Positions 1-11,539 of a stretch of 64,000 nucleotides of DNA are shown one piece after another; within the stretch, counting starts at the first letter, position 1; each line of letters starts with the position of its first letter. The stretch lies in the NCBI GenBank assembly GCA_040954595.2, contig CM082587.2, positions 7,119,705 to 7,183,704 of the forward strand, written 5' to 3'. The DNA is from Balanoglossus misakiensis. Its lineage: Eukaryota; Animalia; Hemichordata. Below the pieces are notes generated by a model. It worked only from the letters and a program-made list of their open reading frames with translations. It searched no databases and was not told the origin of the DNA. A program made the translations under genes and the position numbers.

Positions 1-821
1 AAAAATAAATTCAGTCCCATCATTTTGATAATGTAAAACGATCTGAAAATAGGAAGAATTCCATTTTAATGGAAAATCTAACAGTGCAAACTTACACAAC
101 ATCAACCATACAACCATGGTATTATGATTATTTTTTTCTAAAAATAAATTCAAGCCACTAAAATTCTATGGTCTATGGTTATTACCTAAACATATTTTGG
201 GGGATAGATTAAGGGATTTTCTGTTTCAGACAATCCTACAACCTAACACTTAATTTTTCTCTTGTAATATAAAATCCAAAGTCTTTCTGAACCAATGCAA
301 TACACATGCACAGTGCTGGAATTGTGCCAAGCCATTTTTAACGGTATTGACATTCCTTTCACTAATCAGAAACGCCGACAGGAAAACATTTCTGGCAACT
401 ATAATCACTACAAATGAGGAGAGTAACTACAAGGTATGTTTGGTTTAGCCTATGTGTTTGATTACTAATTACACAGAGACAGGATTTATTCTAATTTGAT
501 CTTATTTCATTTGTAAATAATTACTTGATGCCATATAATACAACAAGGTGATTAATGTTATTATTTCTTGATGAAACTGTCAATTACAATAATATCAGCA
601 CAGTACCTAATTTACATCCTGTATTTAGCTTTTATTAATCTGTATTAGGGACTTCAATACAGCTGCTACATTGCACGAACATGGCCTTACAAATTGCTAG
701 ATTTCATTTGCTCGTGCATAGGGTGATCCCAACCAATATTGGATTCACCGATCTATATTTGAATGTCTAGACTGAAGTCAAATAACGTGAAGAAAATTAT
801 ATTTTTCACATCACCATACAC

Positions 822-869
822 CTGAAAAGCCCCTAAAAACCAAATTAACTCAGGTTGGATCAATTTCAT
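822..869 (-). CDS. Possible first coding exon (MKLIQPELIWFLGAFQ, signal-peptide-like) of an unidentified gene running off the left edge
   Basis: On the minus strand there is a pyrimidine-rich acceptor (tttgctccag) at ~960, an ATG at 869 and a weak donor (CAG|gtgtat) at 822/821. An upstream donor (GAG|gtaag) lies at ~1831/1830, near a CpG-rich region divergent from PIN1. No recognisable domain. Confidence 0.25.
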
Positions 870-3147
870 TTTATACGCTTTTTTTCTCTCTTCTGTTTGT
901 GCGAGGTGAAGTGCAAATAAGCCGTGTTTTGTCCACTTTGCTCCAAAAGTTGGCAAAACTGGAGCAAAGCGAATAAAACACAGCTAGATACTAGACTAGC
1001 TCATTTTATATGTTTTAACTGGTGCAGGAAAAACAGAGTATGCAAATCTCAACATATACACCAGTTTTTTGAGATGTTTGGATATTATGATAAAATTATT
1101 GATTACTTGCCACAGCCTCTATAGACTATACCTAAATCATGTATGTGTTGTGACTGAGGGGATGGTTTCTGGTACTGTCGTCAGTCAAGACAATTGAGGG
1201 TGGGATGGTTTTCTTTTTCTTCCACCAGTCACCAATGAAATATGTCATATCTATATAACTGTATGTATCATTGTATGGGCTGTCGACCCACATACCATTA
1301 CCAGCAACAAACAAGGGTTCAGTCAATGAGTCACAGTGTATATACAAAACTAGTGAAAGTGTTCGCCATTTCTGCGGCAAAGATGACTCTTAAGACTAAA
1401 ACCATAGCATCTTGCGGGTGAAATGAGAAATTTTCCAAAATGTTGACCGGTTCTTGACTGAAGTGGGCGGACACGACTAGCGCCACCGCCAGCACCGCCC
1501 CCATTGCCTAACGTCTCGTCAACATTTTGGCGACCAGCAAAGTCGCCCCGATATTATCCTTCGAATATTGCATCCATTTGCCTGTTCATTAATTAAAATG
1601 GTACTGGTTGGTTTTTGAGATACATTAGACTGGTTTGACAATCTTACAAATACAGTAAGAAAACTGTAAACATAACAGACAGAACTGAACGAAAAGCGAC
1701 ACAAAGTGAGTCATAAAAACAAAATATATTCGCCCAACGGGTTCCACAAAACTCATCACGGATATCTTTGTTTGCGGGGTTGTTATTGTCTGCGTTACGA
1801 AATCTTGAAAGAATTCACGTAAAATCTTACCTCCCCTTCACCAATCGGGTCCGATGATGCGCGCAGCCGTCAAAAATAATTTATACTCCAGTTACAGTCG
1901 AGTGGAGCTGATCAGCGATACTGATACCGAATTTGTGCGATCCGTGTATGTATCAGACACGTTGAGAGACCTCGGTCGACGTCCGCTGCTGATGGTCGGT
2001 CTGGGTCAAAATGCAAATGGCGGAAATGAGATAGAAAACGCGATTTGATTGGTCGATCATTGCGTCACTGTCTGAATATAACGGAACAACTTTCAGACTT
2101 CCCCGACTGCGGGGAAAACCGTATAAATGATGGGTGTGAACCATGAACTAACGCGCAAATATAAAAGGACTGCAGAAAATGTGTGAAGAGCTATGACATT
2201 ATTGAGCATTATCTTATCAAATGAAAACAGGTGAAACGTGATCCTACATATAAAGTACGCGATTATCAGGGACTGGCCAGTTTCTGTAGCAGCAGGTTCG
2301 AAGTAGCAGAAAAGGCCGGTGCCATGGCCATTGAAACAGGGAAACGGCAGAAGTTTGCATGTTCAGCATGTATTTGGAAAGTTGCCAGCGATTGCAACTA
2401 GCCGCTACCATTTACATTACATGTATATTACATTATACATCATTTTGCACGAGGTAGTCACGGTGCCAATGAGGCAGTGTGTCTATGACAGACGCATTTT
2501 TGATCAGACAAGTTCTGTCTTGTAAAACAAAGTTTTATTTTTTCCCCTACCGAGTAATTCGTCTACATGTCATAAAGTAAAAAACTACTTCAAGCCTCAA
2601 AACCCCTACTTTACAACACTAGTTTCGAAAATATTTAATTGCAAAAAGTATCCGGACAAGTTTATAACGCTAACCGTTCCCCAAAACTCTTGTAATTTAG
2701 GTCTGTCATGTTTCTCAATAGATCTTTCTGTTGACAAAAAGTGGAAAGCATTTATTAAAGGCCTTTATTTGACATGGACATTTCTATAGATTTCTTTGTC
2801 TGTCCACAGAACTGTAACCTAGTACCTCGGCGTATTTTGTCCGCTTTGCTTCCGAAACTAAGCTCAGTTGTGCCAGGAAAACGGTACGGGTTGTTCAGCG
2901 AAACTCGTACGTCGTGCGCCATCTACGGTCAAAAAGGTAGTCTCTTTTGCCGCTTTTGAATTTTCAGTGTTTTCCTTGATTTTTATTCGTTTGCGCTCTT
3001 TTTCAGTTTTATTTGTTATTAATTTAAAACATTAGCTTTTTTATCTCTGTCTAAAACGCACAAATGTGGTCTTTTTTTTATAAGGTGGTGTAAGTAACCG
3101 AAGTTGATTTTTTTCCACAAGGCTGAGGGGTCTATGAGAAGAAAATA

Positions 3148-4037
3148 ATGGCGGATGACATACCACCTGGCTGGGAACTCAAATACAGTCGTAGCCACGG
3201 AGGTAAGTAGGCAACATATATTCTCAGAAACGGATAAGACGGCACAATAGGACAAACTTTAAGAATGGGGGTATATACGGTTAAAGTAAGTTTATCGTAA
3301 AACTCAAAATACTGCCGTGTTCATTGCAATCATGATTGAAATGAAACATCACTCCACTGTTCCAGTGCTAAACCCTTATCTGTTTATGTTCCACACGTGG
3401 GTGGGTGTAAATGACCAAAGGCGTCGGAATCACAGACCGAATACGGAAATTAAGATGAATTGCAAGTCAACTGAGAGACTTGGTCCCTTTATTAAAAGTA
3501 ATGCACCTTTTCTTTGTGATCTGCTTTGAAGGTAAACCTTACTATCTGAACATCCACACAAAGCAAAGTCAGTGGGACAAACCAATGGCTGCCAATACTG
3601 TACGGGCATCTCACCTGCTTGTCAAACACAGAGAATCTCGGCGCCCGGCATCATGGAAAGAACCCAACATTACTCGCACCAAAGAAGAGGCCTTGCAGAT
3701 TTTGCAAGGTATGTATTTTTCTTGAAAAATTTTCTCTAGTTTTTTGCCATTTTTTTTCTCTTGCATAATTTTAAGTTTTACCTGGCCTTGCTCCATGCTT
3801 TTTCTTTATTTTACAGGTTATCGACAAGACATAGTATCCGGTCGAGTGTCATTTAGCGATTTAGCATCCACGGAAAGTGACTGCAGCTCGGCTCAGAGAG
3901 GAGGTGATCTCGGCCCGTTTGGACCCGGTCAGATGCAGAGGCCGTTTGAGGAAGCCACGTTTGCTCTTAAAGTCGGCGAGCTGAGTGAACCAGTGTTTAC
4001 AGACTCTGGCATTCACATTATTCTAAGAACTGGATAA
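3148..4037 (+). CDS. PIN1: Peptidyl-prolyl cis-trans isomerase Pin1 (WW + parvulin), 3 exons: 3148-3202, 3532-3708, 3817-4037; 150 aa
   Basis: The spliced translation reads [36 protein letters not shown] (WW domain), then [19 protein letters not shown]...[53 protein letters not shown] (parvulin signature). Introns are GT-AG and phase-consistent. Confidence 0.97.
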
Positions 4038-6373
4038 GAGGGTATTAATACCATTAGGGGTTGCTCCCCCCCCCTGGACATTTATCACCCAACAGATAAG
4101 GCGAGGGTTGGGATAGGTGGCCAGGGGGCAATTATCCAGGGGGTAGCTGTCCTAGATCTGGATAGGGGTCCACTGAATTTAAGTTACCAGGAGAGCTTTG
4201 TACTTTGAGAAGTAAATTAAAAGTATGTCAGTAATGATTTAATATTGTAATGTAGCAACCATGTAATACCTGTATTCCATATTTGCCAATCATTAACCTT
4301 TTTCACCCCCCCCCCCCAGTTCCCGATATAAAGGTCCAACCTTACCATAGACAACAATCAGACATTGCTTGTTTAATTTTTAGTATTGACAATGTATCAT
4401 TTCCTTCAACATTCAAGTGGTATCACAGTACGGAACACACAAAATGATTCCTATGCAGTTGTCTATGATTTTGTAGAGTATATGAGAGCGCCCTCTACCA
4501 ATCAAGTAGTGGATTCTTTTGAATCATGTATATTGTCGAACTTTAAACTACAGCATTATTCTTTGATACTTTATTCATAGTAACATTGGATCCGGGCAAA
4601 AACAGAAGTGTACTTTTGAAATGTAACCCATAATTAATCTTCATATGGTATAATAACATGGAAATAAACCATTTATCAATGTCATCTTTATTTTGTGGAA
4701 GTTCTTTTCCAGAGGTAGGCATGATTAGTAATTTATTCAGCTACCTGTACCACGGCAAATTAATTATTACCAGATAGGGGATGTAAAAACACAACATTAA
4801 TTTTTTATTACACAACTTTTTTGAAACTGGTCGATAATTTTATTTGTGGAATGGGATTTTATGAAGATAGATTGTTGACCCCAAATGGGAATCCCCCAAT
4901 GGGAACTAAATAGAGCACAAATTTACCCTGTCTAAATACCCAACATCTAAAACAGTGCAGGGCAGTTTTGCATGATCTATTTCTGTGTCTTTGTTTAAAA
5001 AAATAGTGGAACCTCAAAATAAAAAAAATGTGTCTAGTTCTGTTTTTTTCTCTCAAGGTGAATTAGTATTTATGGGATATTATCGCCAAACTGATAGGGA
5101 GAACAGAGCTCTTGCAATTCTTGTATTCAGCATGATTGAGTGAGCAAAATCATGGTCATCCATGGCAAAATAAACATAACTCTCTTCTAAATCAAAAATA
5201 ACCAACTTTTCAACTTCAAAAGAGCTCAACATTGTCCCTTGTAAATTAGGGTAATAAATTACAAAACAAATTGACTATGGTCATCAAATGGTCTACAACC
5301 ATGAAATACTGTTGCAATGAAAAAAATGTAATTCCAGGCGCTTGATAATTTACTTCCAGTACCTGAGGGTATATACAGCTGTATACAGCTGCACCTCTTG
5401 TCTTTATTTGCATCAAATTCAATTCCCCATTTCCAATAAATCAAGAAAAATATCGGCTATCTGTATTGATGTGTCATCGCTTAGTCATCGCGTGATGACA
5501 CAGTCATTGAGTAATACCTGCTGTACGTGTTAGTGGTCACCATGGGCTAATCAGCCACAATTGATTCTGATCAGCGCCCTCGATCTGTGATCAGTAGTGA
5601 CTATTTGTCACAGTTTATGAAATACCCCACTGATTCCAACTGTAGTACCTTGTCTTTCACAAGTCACAGATCTGTAAAATCTCATGGGGCTTCTTAAAAA
5701 CGAATGTCACTGCAAAATTGAACACTATCTCTAATTTTAGTGCAAATGTGTTCGATGCAACAGTCAAACAATTAAGTCGTTAATAACTTCAGTTTGATGA
5801 ATGATGATGTATTGGCATGGCTTGTTCAGTAATGAGTTAGCCTGGAAGGGGCGAATTTTCATTAAAATCCAATTTCTTATCGAACAGCCATTATCGCACC
5901 AAAATGCAGCTATTGAGGGCCCAACAACTGCCGATAACATTGATAATAGCCCAATTTGTTTACGTGACAGCAAGGGTCAGTTTCCACAGTCGACAGGCGC
6001 CAAGAAAACATAAACAGAACAATTGAGGTCCTGATATGCGTTGACCCTTGCACAGACCATTGTGACAAAATATTTACACGACTCGACAATGAGAAATGAC
6101 ATGCAAATTAATTCAGCTGGAAAACCCCAGCCTAAAAATACACAGCAATTTCAGAGTGTTTTAATTAATGCTTTGTGTGTGCTTGTATGAATGATTTGTT
6201 TGTATATATGTTTAGATGTTTGTTTACAAGTATATTCAGTAAATAATATTTACAATGCTATAAACAGACCCATATATAGATTTAAAGCCCCATGAGCTAC
6301 AATTTTGGGAAATTGTCATGAAATTTAATTCCGAACTGTAAAAATATTAGGCCATACAGATGTATGTACGGGG

Positions 6374-6460
6374 TAGCTGCAATAATTGTAGCCTTGGTGG
6401 GTTGGGTGGTGGGGCCGACAGCGATCACCCAACCCACCAAGGCTACTATTATTGCAGCTA
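6374..6460. mobile_element. 87-bp hairpin MITE with 9-bp TSD (AcademH- or MULE-type non-autonomous element)
   Basis: TIRs of ~35 bp: TAGCTGCAATAATTGTAGCCTTGGTGGGTTGGGTG and CACCCAACCCACCAAGGCTACTATTATTGCAGCTA. Identical TGTACGGGG at 6365-6373 and 6461-6469. Confidence 0.85.
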
Positions 6461-7718
6461 TGTACGGGGGTGTATGATATATTAATAGTTAGTTCCTCTT
6501 TCTTTTCCCATGCCCCATCAACATGCACTCAGGCAAGTCGTAAAATGAACAGAAATCAATAGATTTATTGATAAGTGACTTCATGGTTTTCTACTGCTTT
6601 TGTTTTAAATAGGCGAGATATTCCACGGAGGGAATAAACAAAAACATGAAATATTCGTTTTACGGTGGCCCCATTTACCTCTGTTTAAACCCTATACCCT
6701 ACATTTCGCGCTAAATTTGCCTTTTCAGATACTAGAGTTACGTGAGATTACGTGAGGTAATATTATAAGTTTCGTGCAATTACTAGTACCACATGCTCAC
6801 CCAAGCAAGTTCCCCCGAAAAAAGGGAAACATTTCTCGCGTAAGTTTAATAAATCATACCTGCCCTATTTCTGAAAAGTATGTTACACGCAACACCAGGT
6901 TTTTTTTTTATTTTGGCCAATATAGCATGTCACTTGATGACAGCTACTGTTTAAAAGCCCATTGTTCAGAGGTGGCCTCGTTAATCTCTACGTACCAAAG
7001 CAAGTGTTGCGCGAGTGAGAATTTAAAAAATGTTTCATTGTGATGATAACTTTCGCCCCGACCACGCGTATAGGAGGACTTTCAACAGACGTCAACTACT
7101 AGGCCTACATACAACAGACTTTCGGTGTGAAGTAACTTTTCGTCCGGTGTAACAATAACTCTGACAACATTTCAATCTTTTGTCGAACCGTGTTTCCATT
7201 GAAACCCGGAAACCGGGTGAGACTAAAACGAAGGAAACCGAAGGAAACCGAAGGAAACTGAAGGACACTGTTTTTTCCATATTTTAGTGCGAAGGAAAAG
7301 GTTTTCTCTATGCTGGTGGCCGAAGGACTGGTTTAGCTTCGAATTAAACGCCGAAGGAAAGCGAAGGACGCTGATTTATCCATATTTAAGTGCGAAGGAA
7401 AAGGTTTTCTCTATGCTGGTGGCCGAAGGATAGGTTTAGTTCGGTAATTAATTATGCTGGTGGCCGAAGGACAGGTTTAGTTCGGTAATTAAAGCCGCAG
7501 GACGGGTTCAGCTCCGTAATTTTGGCCGAAGGAAAGCGAAGGACGCTGATTTATCCCTATTTTCGGCCGAAGGACGAGGTTTTCTGTATGCTAGAGGCCG
7601 AAGGACAGGTTTAGCTCAGTAATTAAAGCCAAAGGACGGGTGTAGCTCCGTAATTTAGGCCGAAGGAAAGCGAAGGACGCTCATATCTCCATATTTTAGG
7701 GCGAAGGGAAGCCAGTAA

Positions 7719-8529
7719 GGTGCGGAATTGTGTTTTATCGTTTTTAGAAAGTTTAGCTACAAGTGTAGAAAGCTAAATTAGCTGTAGCTAAATAGTTCTA
7801 AACTATCTAAGTTTTAAGGATAATTATCACTACGATAATTATCGCTTTCTAAATATCGTTCTAAATTTATAAATTAGCCACAGTTTAGAAAGCCCCCCCC
7901 CCCCCCGACTAAAATTTTCTGCCGACGATATAAGTGCTGTATTTCCATTCCAATATTTGCGGAATTTTCATGTATGATTTCAATTGGTGCATTTCAATTT
8001 CAATATTTGCGGACGGGAGAATGTTGGGAATCGTTTATTGCCCAAATCAAGCCTTATCTCAAAACTCCTCTCAGTTTATTGAGATATGGGCTTCGTTTGT
8101 ATGACACCATTGTTCTGTGCAACGACTGAAGTCTCAGGTTAATCAATGTCTTAACACCATTGTTCTACCATTATGAGGTGTTGTAAAATGTCAGAGTTAG
8201 AACTTCGACTATATATACTGTTAAAATAAAACAAAGATCACATTTGACTTCCCACCGAAGTACTGGCCATCCCGTCTCTCTCTTCATTCCAAGCCTACTT
8301 CCAAAGTGTACGCCGTACATTTGTAAACGCCCAAGTAGTCCAACTTTCTAAACTGCTGCTAGTTTAGAAAGTTTAGAACGATATTTAGAAAGTGATAATT
8401 ATCTTGAAAAAAGCCGTGTTTATCATTATTAGCTAAATTAGCTTCCTTAGACAATACATGTAGTTTAGAAATGCCCCTTCAATAAGACCATGGACGTAAA
8501 AAGAGCATGATAAGACACAATTCCGCACC
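7719..8529. mobile_element. PIF/Harbinger-type non-autonomous element nested in the foldback left arm
   Basis: TIR GGTGCGGAATTGTGT(T/C)TTATC at both ends. TAA target duplication at 7716-7718 and 8530-8532. The GAAGGA repeat resumes right after the element. Confidence 0.8.
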
Positions 8530-8584
8530 TAACTCAGGAAAGCGAAGGACAGTGATTCTCCATATTTTAGGGAGAAGGACATTA

Positions 8585-8838
8585 GTATCCATCTCTCTGT
8601 ATCTCGGAATTAGGATATCAATAGTGTGATCTTGTGTTGAGATCGTTTTTTGTCAGTTGTTTTTCATTTCCAGTTCATGGAACGTAATGTCGGCTATTCC
8701 CGGTGAAGCATTTGAGCCCACGGTACAACTGCATGTTTGCTTGTAGAATTTGTTGTTTAATTCAAAAGTATTGTTACGTAGAATTAGTGATAGCATTTCT
8801 ATGAGGTATGTTTGTTTAGTTTTGTTTCGTGTAAACAT
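8585..8838 (-). pseudogene. Degenerate Penelope-like (PLE) reverse transcriptase fragment
   Basis: LIEMLSLILRNNTFELNNKFYKQTCSCTVGSNASPGIADITFHELE resembles the PLE RT segment L.L.L.NN.F.F....Y.Q..G..MG...SP..A.I. Downstream, AGATACAGAGAGATGGA reads as RYRDDG if one base is restored. Confidence 0.7.
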
Positions 8839-10627
8839 GACACTCTACTTAAGATCTCGACATTGATATCAGTAACTCTGGTCAGACGTGTACTAGCTGA
8901 CGCCAAGTCTCTGATAATCGTGAGAGAATCGTGTCCTTCGCCCTAAAATATGGAAATATGACTGTCCTTCCTTTTCCTTCGCCCTAAAAAATGGAAATAT
9001 GACTGTCCTTCGGTTTCCTTCGCCCTAAATTACTGAGCTACACTTGTCCTTCGGCCTCTAGCATACAGAAAACCTCGTCCTTCGGCCGAAAATAGGGATA
9101 AATCAGCGTCCTTCGGTTTCCTTCGCCCTAAATTACTGAGCTACACTTGTCCTTCGGCCTCTAGCATACAGAAAACCTCGTCCTTCGGCCGAAAATAGGG
9201 ATAAATCAGCGTCCTTCGGTTTCCTTCGCCCTAAATTACTGAGCTACACCTGTCCTTCGGCCACCAGCATAGAGAAAACCACGTCCTTCGCACTAAAATA
9301 TGGAGATATGAGCGTCCTTCGCTTTCCTTCGGCCTAAATTACGAAGCTACACCCGTCCTTCGGCGTTTAATTCGAAGCTAAACCAGTCCTTCGGCCTCTA
9401 GCATACAGAAAACCGTGTCCTTCGCACTAAAATACGGATAAATCAGCGTCCTTCGCTTTCCTTCGGCCAAAATTACGGAGCTACACCCGTCCTTCGGCGT
9501 TTAATTCGAAGCTAAACCAGTCCTTCGGCCTCTAGCATACAGAAAACCGTGTCCTTCGCACTAAAATACGGATAAATCAGCGTCCTTCGCTTTCCTTCGG
9601 CCAAAATTACGGAGCTACACCCGTCCTTCGGCGTTTAATTCGAAGCTAAACCAGTCCTTCGGCCTCTAGCATACAGAAAACCGTGTCCTTCGCACTAAAA
9701 TATGGAAAAATCAGTGTCCTTCGGTTTCCTTCGTTTTAGGTTATGCTCGGAAACCTTTATAATCACCCGTTTTGTCCCTTTATAGGGAACTTCCATTAAT
9801 GTGGGGATGACCTGGGCCGTTACTCTAACACAGCAGAAATATACGGATATGGGATCCAAATGTTCATTAAATCGACTTTTGTGATTTATGATTCCACTGT
9901 AGAAGTGTACTTATGCGAGACCGACCCCAAATTACTTCGACCCCCCCCCCCCCCCCCGAAGATCCCTTACACATGTTACAAGTATACACGTAGTTCTCGG
10001 GGGCCTGTCGCAAAAGGACTTTTCTAATAGTTGTATAATATCAACTGCGTCCGTTTTCAAAGCTAGAACCGAATAAGACGGAAATGATGAACGATTCTAT
10101 TTATACCAAACAAAACCCATTTCAATAAAAACCAGGCGGTGGGTGTACGCTACAATAAAGTAAAAATAGAACTTGGAGTCGATCCAAAGATAGAACATGT
10201 CGTACAACCTGCTCGAACAGAATAATCTGAACCCAAGAATTAAATTACCGACCAGTCATTTGAGTATGCGTAGAACAGGTAGGGCGTAATACCTATGGTA
10301 AAATAGTATTACAACTGAATGTAGTAAAATATATAAAGTTTGCCTTCACTACAGCATTTCACACATACCATAGCATGCATAGAGAATATGATAGTTCCAC
10401 TGCAGCGGAGTGACAGATAGGAAGTACCATGAAGAAAAGATAGAGCACATGGCTAGAATTTTATGACGACGGCATGATAGCACTGGTGGCTGGCTGTATT
10501 TTTTTTTCATTGTGTGGAAATCCGATACATGCCATATTGTACTGTTTTTAAAGGTAATTGCAATGACAACAACATGATCAAACAACAACGCCAGAATAGT
10601 TGCGTTCGTAGATTTTATCACGACAGC

Positions 10628-10654
10628 ATCATCATCATCATCATCATCATCATC
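10628..10654. repeat. (CAT)n microsatellite
   Basis: About 9 CAT units; source of the poly-D and poly-I runs in the spurious ORFs. Confidence 0.9.
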
Positions 10655-11226
10655 AACAAGATTCAAGTACTGTTCCCTATGCACTGTACATCTTACATCC
10701 AGTATATATGTACATACCAGACCGATTGTTTCAAGTGTCTGCCTGCCATAATTGTGATTGTGTGTGCGTAAGTATGTGAATCGCACTGGAAGTTTATTGC
10801 CAGATATAGGCCAAAAGCTCGACCAGTATTCTGTCGCAGCATACAGAGTTATCTCCTGATGTGATGTGTTTTATTGGTGTCGATATAGGCCTACAACACA
10901 TCGTCATTCATACTTTATCTATCATAGAATGCACGGCGTAAACAATTCTCCGAAGAGGAAATCAAAATTATTCAGATGCGTGGTTCATTCTTTTTTTCTC
11001 TCGGTACTTCCTCACTGCGCCGTGCGTATTCACGATTTGTAGCAATTTTCGAATCCTGATTGTCACGGTTGTGATCGATGGGCATTGTTTCGCTACGTAA
11101 TCACCCTGGAAGCACATGATAACCGTATCAAATTGCGGTGAAATTGCCCCCATCCTGGCTGTGCAAACATTAGCCCATAAGATGATAAAGATAGGTGGGG
11201 TGGGTAACACCAACCCAAGTTGAGAG

Positions 11227-11438
11227 GAGGAAGTTCACCTACAAAAATTAAAGGGGGTAGCCACCGTTGCTATGATACGTCACACATAAGCCGTGCAAAT
11301 CGTTTAGGGGAGTTTGGGTGCAAACTTTTGAGATAACATATCTCCACGGTCACGATAGACTCCACGGCCACCCCTACAGACTGAATAGTTGGGTCTCGAC
11401 AGGAAGCCATTCAAGGGGCTATATAAATCAACTTCCTT
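11227..11438 (+). promoter_or_regulatory. Putative AIF1 proximal promoter (ETS/PU-box motifs and TATA box)
   Basis: GAGGAAGT at 11227-11234, CAGGAAG at ~11400, TATATAAA at 11420-11427 and ACTTCCT at 11431, about 110-310 bp upstream of the ATG. Confidence 0.45.
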
Positions 11439-11539
11439 GTAGCTAATCAATTCGCTCGCCAGGGCATCGCACGTAGTAGTTTGGTCTGTACTTCCATCAG
11501 GAACTTTTTAAGGGTGACGCATTCTTTTGCTTTACAGCA

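Larger units (their letters stand above)
7223..9739. mobile_element. Foldback-like element: long inverted arms built of CGAAGGA/TCCTTCG-anchored tandem subrepeats
   Basis: The left arm (~7223-7710, resuming at 8533-8580) and right arm (~8932-9739) are reverse complements, with ends CTAAAACGAAGGAAACCGAAGGA and TCCTTCGGTTTCCTTCGTTTTAG. The right arm has higher-order periods of 103 bp (9007, 9110, 9213) and 134 bp (9361, 9495, 9629). No clear TSD. Confidence 0.8.

Noticed and set aside
7223-9739. CRISPR-like array or hammerhead ribozyme repeats in the GAAGGA arrays
   Set aside because: The context is eukaryotic, the 'spacers' themselves repeat, and there are no cas genes. No CTGATGA...GAAA hammerhead core with stems was found.
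10138-10225. VGVRYNKVKIELGVDPKIEHVVQPAR resembling a Gypsy pol segment, and ATGATGA...CTGA (10084-10230) resembling a C/D snoRNA
   Set aside because: Too short and divergent to support without a search. There is no terminal stem or intronic host for a snoRNA.
10349-10786. 145-aa ORF with poly-Asp
   Set aside because: It is produced by the (CAT)n microsatellite and has no domain or splice support.
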